Below are positions 1-5,839 of a DNA stretch of 64,000 bases, one piece after another. The notes under the pieces are model-generated. The model saw only the letters and a program-made list of their open reading frames with translations, searched no databases and was not told where the DNA came from. Origin of the DNA: Candidatus Sericytochromatia bacterium (GTDB taxonomy: Bacteria > Cyanobacteriota > Sericytochromatia > S15B-MN24 > UBA4093); contig JAKFBU010000061.1 in assembly GCA_036676985.1 (NCBI GenBank), positions 1 to 64,000 on the forward strand, in the 5' to 3' direction. The first letter of the stretch is position 1; each line of letters starts with the position of its first letter. A program made the position numbers and the translations under genes.

Positions 1-86
1 ACCTGCTAATAGATCAAGCGACCCTCGGGTGGAACCCCGGACGAAGGCGGGTATGTAGGGTGGGTCCGTTCACAGGGAGGAAGAGC

Positions 87-122
87 TTGCGCAAGGCTTT
101 CGAGATACACGCATGGGCATGG
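87..122 (+). repeat. Junction 1: silent replacement MFS 5' end (MRKAFEIHAWA) plus core TGGGC-ATGG
   Basis: RBS AGGGAGG (74-80), then TTG at 87: ttg cgc aag gct ttc gag ata cac gca tgg gca tgg. The peptide aligns with MFS ELHSWA. Confidence 0.7.
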
Positions 123-162
123 TGTACGTCAAAGGTAGCAAAGTTGTTACAGGTCTGAGGAT

Positions 163-192
163 CCCTCTGGCGCTCGCCCAGAGGGGCTTTTT
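163..192 (+). terminator. Intrinsic terminator at left end of cassette A
   Basis: CCCTCTGG-cgctcgc-CCAGAGGG followed by GCTTTTT. The arms are identical to those at 1494-1520. Confidence 0.8.
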
Positions 193-361
193 CTGCTTAG
201 GCGTCAGGCCTGGCGTAAATCTCTCTGACTTCTATGGAGTTATAATCGCATGGTTGGCTAATGCTGTCCCTAGCCTCCTTCGAGACGTAGGCTGCTAGAG
301 CGTTTGCTCATTGGTGTATCAATGGTAGTCTTATTATCTTGGAGAAGATGTTCAGGATTTG

Positions 362-390
362 TTGACGCAGATACTTGGTGGTGCTACTGT
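362..390 (+). promoter_or_regulatory. Sigma70-like promoter for leader RNA and DUF3800 gene
   Basis: TTGACG (362-367), 17-bp spacer, TACTGT (385-390), with a TG extended -10. Confidence 0.65.
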
Positions 391-395
391 ACGTA

Positions 396-457
396 GGAAA
401 GCTCTTTACGCCGAGCTCCTGCCTATGTGGGTGCGATGAAAGCGTAAGGGGCTTTTT
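396..457 (+). ncRNA. Putative leader or small RNA with terminator-like stem upstream of DUF3800
   Basis: AAAGCTCTTTACGC (398-411) pairs with GCGTAAGGGGCTTT (442-455) around a 30-nt loop. It ends in a U-tract 3 nt before the ATG and buries the SD-like AAGGGG. Confidence 0.5.
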
Positions 458-460
458 GCC

Positions 461-1363
461 ATGAAGCGATTGGTCGTTTTTGCTGATGAGGCTTGGACCG
501 ACGAGAGCGGCCATGAGGATCGCTATTACCGGTTCTATGGTGGGTGCGCAATCGAGGAAAAAGAGCTCGATCGTGTGAATGCTGAATTCTTTGCTCTCAA
601 GGAAAAACTCGGTTTAATCGGCTCTGAGATCAAGTGGTCTAAAGTTACTAAAGACAACGCTGGGCGGATCGCTCAAATCATTGAGTGGTTTTTCACTCTC
701 GTACAAGATGGCACGATCAAGTATCGCCACCTCTTCTGCGACCGCTTGTTTACGCTTGATCACTTGACTGAAGAGCAGCGCGACAACGGGTTTTTCATCC
801 TCTATTACTTCTTTTTGAAGCGAGGGTTTGGTCTTAATCATTGTGAATATTGCCCCGAGCCGGGCGTAGGCATCCGCTTTTTCCTCGACCAGCTTCCTCA
901 GTCAAAGGAAAAGCGTGCTCGATTCGTGGAATTTCTTAAAGGAGTTCCGAATCATTCCGACCTGCGAGGACGAAATCTACTGATTACTGAGGTGGCGGAC
1001 GTCAATAGTAAGAAGCATCCCTTGCTGCAGTGCTGCGATTTGGTCATCGGGGCTTTCGGCTTCTACCTAAATCGCCGCCATAGGCATATTCCCGCCGGGA
1101 AGCATCGTCGGGCGGAGACAACGGTTGCCAAAGAATGGCTCTATCGTCAGATATACAACGCCATGCGGAGGATCGACGCAGAGCAGCGCGGAACGAAGGT
1201 ATTCAATGCTGGGGAAACAACTGGTTTAGGTGGAGACAACGCGAACCTTTGGTTCCACCGTGCCAGGATTTGGAAATTCGAGCCCAAACAGTCGTCTCGT
1301 AACGTCTACTGGAGCAACAAAAACTGGCTCGAGCGTAAACGTACTCGTGGGGGCGTTTCATAA
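461..1363 (+). CDS. DUF3800 family protein (RNase H-like fold, putative nuclease or toxin)
   Basis: N-terminal FADE motif and C-terminal QxxD (LQCCD) characteristic of DUF3800, plus EIKWSK and FFLD motifs. Confidence 0.85.
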   Translation: MKRLVVFADEAWTDESGHEDRYYRFYGGCAIEEKELDRVNAEFFALKEKLGLIGSEIKWSKVTKDNAGRIAQIIEWFFTLVQDGTIKYRHLFCDRLFTLDHLTEEQRDNGFFILYYFFLKRGFGLNHCEYCPEPGVGIRFFLDQLPQSKEKRARFVEFLKGVPNHSDLRGRNLLITEVADVNSKKHPLLQCCDLVIGAFGFYLNRRHRHIPAGKHRRAETTVAKEWLYRQIYNAMRRIDAEQRGTKVFNAGETTGLGGDNANLWFHRARIWKFEPKQSSRNVYWSNKNWLERKRTRGGVS

Positions 1364-1427
1364 GAGGGTGCTCCTTCGAATGCGGAGAGGGCCAGCGTTA
1401 AGCCGTGTTGACGAAAGTGTAGAGTCA

Positions 1428-1466
1428 TTGGTCCGTAGTAAAGCTGAGTTGCATTCCTGGGCATGG
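1428..1466 (+). repeat. Junction 2: silent replacement MFS 5' end (LVRSKAELHSWA) plus core TGGGC-ATGG
   Basis: Exact 18-nt match TGAGTTGCATTCCTGGGC (1445-1462 = 2769-2786). 1430-1462 matches 2754-2786 at 28/33 positions ungapped. Confidence 0.85.
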
Positions 1467-1480
1467 ACCGCAAACATACA

Positions 1481-1529
1481 ACAAATCGAAAGCCCCTCTG
1501 GCACTGGACCAGAGGGGCTTCCGATTTGT
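1481..1529. terminator. Hairpin/terminator at left end of cassette B, between the convergent DUF3800 and MerR genes
   Basis: 21-bp inverted repeat with one mismatch: ACAAATCGAAAGCCCCTCTGG / CCAGAGGGGCTTCCGATTTGT. Confidence 0.8.
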
Positions 1530-1531
1530 GC

Positions 1532-2032
1532 TTATCCCGCAAGCGTCAAGTAGTGACGCTCACGCTCTAGGAGTCTGTCGCGCCATCCCTTTAATGAGAT
1601 GATTTCGACGGCTTCCTTGATGATTTCACCTGGTGGAAAAATGAAGCTCTTCCAGACAATCTGCCCAGGGCGCTTCAACAGGCTGATAACGTGATCCAGG
1701 TCCTTAGGCTTGTAAATGTCAGTGCCGTCCGTTATGAGTTGGAACGACTCAAGTGATGGCGTTTCTGACCGCCAGCCAAAGGTCTCTTCAAGATAAGCAA
1801 GGGCTTTCCGGACACGCTGTAAGGATATTCCCGATTCGAGGATCCTTGCGATAACCATCAGGTCAAGGACGGTCTGAAAGCTATAGAGGGGGGTCTTTGC
1901 GTTGAGCATCGTCACATCGATGAGCCCAGTTTGGTACCAATATAGGAGCTGTCTCGGCGACGGTGGGATTAGGTTCCGTCGCTCGAAGATGGTAACCAGC
2001 TCCTGTCGAGTGAAGCCGAATACCATTGCCAT
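1532..2032 (-). CDS. MerR-family HTH DNA-binding protein (Rv1830/VapB45-HTH-like)
   Basis: Pattern RQLLYW..TGLI...LYSFQTVLDL.VIARILESGISLQRVRKAL..L...LITDG.DIY. RBS GAAAGGG. Confidence 0.8.
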   Translation of the reverse strand: MAMVFGFTRQELVTIFERRNLIPPSPRQLLYWYQTGLIDVTMLNAKTPLYSFQTVLDLMVIARILESGISLQRVRKALAYLEETFGWRSETPSLESFQLITDGTDIYKPKDLDHVISLLKRPGQIVWKSFIFPPGEIIKEAVEIISLKGWRDRLLERERHYLTLAG

Positions 2033-2073
2033 TCAAATCACCCTTTCGATAGGCAAACACAGGGAGTGACGCC

Positions 2074-2095
2074 TGACCCCTTTGTCAAGGGGTCA
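2074..2095. promoter_or_regulatory. Dyad operator upstream of the MerR-like gene
   Basis: Perfect inverted repeat TGACCCCTT-tgtc-AAGGGGTCA, overlapping TTGACC and TTGACA hexamers on the minus strand. Confidence 0.55.
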
Positions 2096-2172
2096 ATTAA
2101 GTATTTACCACAATCTCCAAAAAAAATGTGTATTTTGCACAAAAACCCTGCTCATGCATGTTGCGCGCTATG

Positions 2173-2290
2173 TGGATCCTCTGGTAGGATGCTCCAGTTG
2201 ATTGCCAAGGCGGCCTTTGCCGCCAAGGCAGAGGTCCCGCCAATCGGTAGGACCGAACGGCGGGACCTGCAGGATGATGCAACCATCATC
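2173..2290. ncRNA. Putative structured RNA or ssDNA element (four consecutive hairpins)
   Basis: Stems: ATCCT/AGGAT; TGCC-AA-GGCGGC/GCCGCC-AA-GGCA; AGGTCCCGCC/GGCGGGACCT with inner TCGGT/ACCGA; GATGATG/CATCATC. Confidence 0.45.
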
Positions 2291-2394
2291 GTGTTCTAGA
2301 AGGACCCTGATGCTAGCACTCCATTGGGGCGTTAGTCAAGGGAGAGCTCGCTGGTGGTTAGCACCTTCCTAGCACAGCAGGAAGGAGCCCACAT

Positions 2395-2481
2395 ATGGCA
2401 GTCGACAAGAACGGCCGCGTCATCGTGGGGTGGTACACCGACCGCAAGGGTCGTAAGCGTCCCATCACCAAGAAGGCGTAG
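2395..2481 (+). CDS. 28-aa basic peptide MAVDKNGRVIVGWYTDRKGRKRPITKKA (below ORF-track cutoff)
   Basis: Strong SD AGGAAGGAG 7 nt upstream, biased codon usage, and a terminator directly downstream. Confidence 0.65.
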   Translation: MAVDKNGRVIVGWYTDRKGRKRPITKKA

Positions 2482-2490
2482 CTGAAAAAA

Positions 2491-2525
2491 GCCCTGGGCC
2501 CGTAAGGGTCCAGGGTCTTCTTTTT
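2491..2525 (+). terminator. Intrinsic terminator after the small peptide
   Basis: GCCCTGGGCCC-GTAA-GGGTCCAGGGT followed by CTTCTTTTT. Confidence 0.75.
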
Positions 2526-2751
2526 ATGGTTTGCCCCATCCCCATTCCAAGGAGGAAGGCAATTCGCTTTGGCCACGTTTCCGGAAGTCAAATCAATATC
2601 AAGGCTTTGCGCCCTGCTGATAAGGGACTCTGCCCAAGGAAGGCGGGGGTGACTAAGAGGTGGCGGCTGTGCATCTGATGTCATTGAATGGGGTAGAAAG
2701 TCTATCTGCCATCAGGGCAACGGAAGCCTTAAATGAAGGAAGGGTAAGTTT

Positions 2752-4050
2752 TTGGGTCGTAGTAAGCTTGAGTTGCATTCCTGGGCGCTGTACGACTTCG
2801 CCAACACCATCTTCGCCGTCAACATGTTCACCCTCTACTTCGCCCTCTGGGTGACCAAGGACATGGGCGCCCCCGACCTCGCCTACTCGGCGGCCGTCTC
2901 CCTCTCGCTCTTCCTGGTGGCGCTCGCCTCCCCCGTCTTCGGCGCCTACTCCGACCGGATCGGCAAGCGCACGGGTCTGGTCGCCTTCTTCACCGTCCTC
3001 TCGTGCGCAGCCATCGCCCTCCTACCGCTGCTCATTCCCGTCTTCGGCAAGGGCGCCCTCATCCCTGCCCTCGTCCTCTTCGGGGTGGCCTCCTTCGCCT
3101 TCAACCTCGCCCAGGTCTTCTACAACGCCCAGCTCCCCGAGCTCGTGGACAAAGAAAAGATCGGCTGGCTCTCGGGCTACGGCGCGGGCATCGGGTACCT
3201 GGGCTCCTTCGTCGGCATCCTGTGCGTGATGCCCTTCGTCACGGGCAAGCTGCTCGGCCTCCAGACGCCCATCCCCGCCGGGGGCAACGTGGGGGCCTTC
3301 ATCCCGACGGCCGTCATCTTCCTGCTCTTCGCCTTGCCCCACCACCTCCTGGTCAAGGACCACGGCAAGCCGCGCGTCGGCGAGTCGGCCAAGCGGGCCT
3401 GGGCGCGCCTCTGGGAGACGGCCAAGGCCGCCCGCGAGGTGCCCGGCATGCTGCGCTACCTCCTCGCGAACCTGCTGTTCTTCGACGCCCTCAACACCGT
3501 CATCGGCTTCATGGCCATCTACGCCGTGAAGGTCGTGGGCTTCAACGAGCAGAAGCAGGAGGTGCAGGTCGTGCTGTTGCTCTCCACCCTGTTCGCGGCC
3601 GCAGGCTCGGTGATCTGGGGCAAGCTGGTGGACCGGATCGGCTCCAAGTCCGCCCTGCAGCTGAACCTGGCCGTGTGGGTCGTGGCCCTTCTCGGCGTCA
3701 TCTTCGTGCGCGACAAGGCCGTCTTCTCGTGGGTGCTGGGCCCGACCATCGGCATTGCCATGGGCGGCACCTGGGCGGCCTCGCGGGCTCTCCTTTCGGC
3801 GCTCGCCCCGGCGGACCGGCAGGCCGAGTTCTTCGGGCTCTACTCGCTGGCGGGCAAGTTCGCGGCCATCATCGGGCCTATGACCTGGGGCCTCATCACC
3901 TACGCCCTGTCGTCCATGCCCGTGGGCAAGTACCAGGTGGCGATCGCCGCCCAGCTGGTCTTCGTCCTCGCGGGAGCCTACCTGCTCATCAAGGTGCCGG
4001 CACCCGCGGCCGTCCGTCTCGTGGCGGAGCCCCAGCCCGAGCTTCGCTAG
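2752..4050 (+). CDS. MFS transporter, UMF1/ATG22-like; the first 11 or so codons come from cassette B
   Basis: SWALYDFAN, FYNAQLPEL, SGYG.GIGYLG and EFFGLY..AGK motifs, about 12 TM segments. TTG start after AAGGAAGGG. Confidence 0.9.
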   Translation: MGRSKLELHSWALYDFANTIFAVNMFTLYFALWVTKDMGAPDLAYSAAVSLSLFLVALASPVFGAYSDRIGKRTGLVAFFTVLSCAAIALLPLLIPVFGKGALIPALVLFGVASFAFNLAQVFYNAQLPELVDKEKIGWLSGYGAGIGYLGSFVGILCVMPFVTGKLLGLQTPIPAGGNVGAFIPTAVIFLLFALPHHLLVKDHGKPRVGESAKRAWARLWETAKAAREVPGMLRYLLANLLFFDALNTVIGFMAIYAVKVVGFNEQKQEVQVVLLLSTLFAAAGSVIWGKLVDRIGSKSALQLNLAVWVVALLGVIFVRDKAVFSWVLGPTIGIAMGGTWAASRALLSALAPADRQAEFFGLYSLAGKFAAIIGPMTWGLITYALSSMPVGKYQVAIAAQLVFVLAGAYLLIKVPAPAAVRLVAEPQPELR

Positions 4051-4089
4051 ACCACGACGGGAGCCGGCGAGGACGCCGGCGCTCCCAGG

Positions 4090-5079
4090 CTAGCGTGCGA
4101 GTTCAGGAATGCCGAGGCCTGCCGAGAGGTCGAGCTGGGACCAGTCCCCCGAGGGCACGACCTCGCCTACGTTGAAGATCCGGCCGTAGTCCTTTGGCGG
4201 AAGCAGTTGCCCCTGCTGCCGCAGCTTCCGGCAGCGTAGCGCCCCATCGCCCGATTGGATGACGACCCCCCGGGGGCCCGCCTCCAGCACCTCTCCCGGG
4301 ACGGCTCCCGGGCGACCGGGGACCGGATCCGCCTCCAGGATGGCCGTGACCGTGTCTCCCGCGAACGCGAAGGCGCCCGGCTGAGGGTGGCAGGCCCGGA
4401 TCATGCGCAGCAGGTGCTCTGCCGGCGCGCGCCAGTCCAGGTGCCCCTCGGCGAAGGTGATGCGCGGAGCACCCGTGACGACTCCCTCCTGCTTAACGGC
4501 GTGCAGCGTCCCGGACTCGAGGCCCGCGATCGCCTCCAGCATCGCCGCCGGCGCCGCGTCCGCCATGCGGTCGAAGACGTCGAGCAGGGTGTCCTCCGGC
4601 TGCAGCGGGATCCGGTGCAGCGAGAGGATGGGGCCCGTGTCGACCCCCTCGTCCATCATGTGCAGGGTGAAGCCCGTCTCGCTTTCGCCCGAGAGGATGG
4701 CCCGGGCGACGGGCGCCGGCCCCCGCCAGCGCGGCAACAGCGACGGGTGCAGGTTCATGCCGCCGAGGCGGGCCATGGCGAGCACCTCGGGCGGCAGGAT
4801 CTTGTCGTAGATGGAGACGACCAGCAGGTCGGGACGCTGGCGCTCGAGCCACTCCAGGAAGTCGGGCGATCGCAGCTTGGCGGGGCGCACGAGCGGCAGG
4901 CGATGCCGACGGGCGAGGGCCTCCAGGCCGCTGGGGCGGAGGCGCTGGAGCAGGCGCTGAAGCGAAGAGCTCGGCGCAGCCGGGAGGGTGACCACCCCCA
5001 CGACGTCGTGACCGGCTTTCAACAGGGCCGCGAGGCAGCGCTCGGCGATGACCTCGGCCCCGAAGTAAATGATGCGCAT
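4090..5079 (-). CDS. Methionyl-tRNA formyltransferase-like protein
   Basis: NLHPSLLPRWRGPAP and ETGFTLH.MD.GVDTGPI motifs. Could be fmt or a sugar formyltransferase. Confidence 0.85.
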   Translation of the reverse strand: MRIIYFGAEVIAERCLAALLKAGHDVVGVVTLPAAPSSSLQRLLQRLRPSGLEALARRHRLPLVRPAKLRSPDFLEWLERQRPDLLVVSIYDKILPPEVLAMARLGGMNLHPSLLPRWRGPAPVARAILSGESETGFTLHMMDEGVDTGPILSLHRIPLQPEDTLLDVFDRMADAAPAAMLEAIAGLESGTLHAVKQEGVVTGAPRITFAEGHLDWRAPAEHLLRMIRACHPQPGAFAFAGDTVTAILEADPVPGRPGAVPGEVLEAGPRGVVIQSGDGALRCRKLRQQGQLLPPKDYGRIFNVGEVVPSGDWSQLDLSAGLGIPELAR

Positions 5080-5126
5080 GGCGGCTCCTCCAGAGGTCTA
5101 CTTACCCTCCGGGGGGCCGTAATTGA

Positions 5127-5228
5127 CTAGGTGGACCGGTAGCGGCGCATGGCGATGTCGAGCGCCATCACGAGGAACCGGGATCCGAGCCGGCTGGCGA
5201 GCAGCGGCGCCAACAGCTTGACGAACAT
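5127..5228 (-). CDS. Putative 33-aa small protein MFVKLLAPLLASRLGSRFLVMALDIAMRRYRST
   Basis: ATG to TAG ORF with host-like GC3, AGGATGG upstream, co-oriented with its neighbours. Confidence 0.4.
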   Translation of the reverse strand: MFVKLLAPLLASRLGSRFLVMALDIAMRRYRST

Positions 5229-5322
5229 CTAGGCCATCCTGACTGAATCGTATGTCGCAACTTGTACGACGTGTCGAGCAGCTTCATCTTACTTCAAAAG
5301 AAGATGTTGCGGAAGGCCGGAG

Positions 5323-5781
5323 CTAGGGGCGCTCGTTGAGCAAAGGCAACGGAACGGGAGGGTTCGCCTCCTTGAGGGTGAAGCGCTGCTCGCCGCAGAT
5401 GCTCGTCCAGTCGCACCCCACGCAGACCTGTTTCATGAGATCGGCATGGTGGGCGTGGATGTGGTCCATGACCGGGGCGAGCGCGACGACCTCGCCCTCC
5501 TCCCAGCCCATGGCGGCGAGCATGCGGCGATCGCGCTCGGAGATCGAGGCATGGTAGCGGCAGCTCGTGTCGACCGCGGGATCCTGCAGGTTGGGGCAGG
5601 CGCCGCAGAGGGGATCCGCCACGCTCGTGGCGCGCACCTGGTCGTAGGCGCCGGCGCGCAGGGCGTGCCAGACGCGGTTCATGTTCGCGACGAACTCGGG
5701 GGAGTAGCCTTTCCCCTGGTAGGTCGTGACGCACATGAGGTGGTGGGCCCGGAGGGGCAACAGGTTCGCAGGATCGTCCAT
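5323..5781 (-). CDS. DUF1284 family protein (Cys-rich, putative Fe-S)
   Basis: LRAHHLMC..YQGKGYS..F..N, D.LC.ACP and C.GC.W...C motifs. Confidence 0.8.
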   Translation of the reverse strand: MDDPANLLPLRAHHLMCVTTYQGKGYSPEFVANMNRVWHALRAGAYDQVRATSVADPLCGACPNLQDPAVDTSCRYHASISERDRRMLAAMGWEEGEVVALAPVMDHIHAHHADLMKQVCVGCDWTSICGEQRFTLKEANPPVPLPLLNERP

Positions 5782-5839
5782 GCCTCCATTCTAGCGTGAA
5801 CCGGCGCCTCGGGGGCATTTTCGGTATAATGACTCCCTT

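Larger units (their letters stand above)
114..1462. mobile_element. Cassette A (1344 bp core-to-core), DUF3800 cargo
   Basis: Bounded by TGGGC cores. Its left end (114-199) and right end (1388-1462) are homologous to those of cassette B. Confidence 0.7.
1..2786. mobile_element. Low-GC island (left-truncated): tandem array of small cassettes integrated in the 5' end of the MFS gene
   Basis: Composition and codon usage shift abruptly to host-like at about 2787. Three junctions share the core TGGGC (114-118, 1458-1462, 2782-2786), each preceded in frame by an MFS-like N-terminus E[IL]H[AS]WA. Confidence 0.8.
1458..2786. mobile_element. Cassette B (1324 bp core-to-core): MerR-like HTH, structured RNA and small peptide; supplies the working MFS start
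   Basis: Bounded by the 18-bp direct repeat, with ends homologous to cassette A. Confidence 0.75.

Noticed and set aside
1-155. Possible structured ncRNA closed by ACCTG(C)TAA/TTACAGGT
   Set aside because: The stem would span a cassette junction and is cut by the window edge. No tRNA, tmRNA, RNase P or 6S hallmarks are visible.
1430-1469. Stem GGTCCGT/ATGGACC enclosing a 26-nt loop that matches the MFS 5' end, resembling a guide or bridge RNA for DUF3800
   Set aside because: Homology extends about 70 nt upstream, and a third copy at 87-122 is conserved as peptide rather than nucleotide. Both fit att junctions better than a guide. It is not formally excluded without RNA data.
1230-1553. 107-aa ORF as a real gene
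   Set aside because: It overlaps DUF3800, a terminator and the MerR gene. Only its ELHSWA segment is meaningful, as the silent MFS start.
114-2786. CRISPR array or classical integron attC array
   Set aside because: Repeats are about 1.3 kb apart, there are no cas or intI genes, and the junctions have no RYYYAAC...GTTRRRY boxes.
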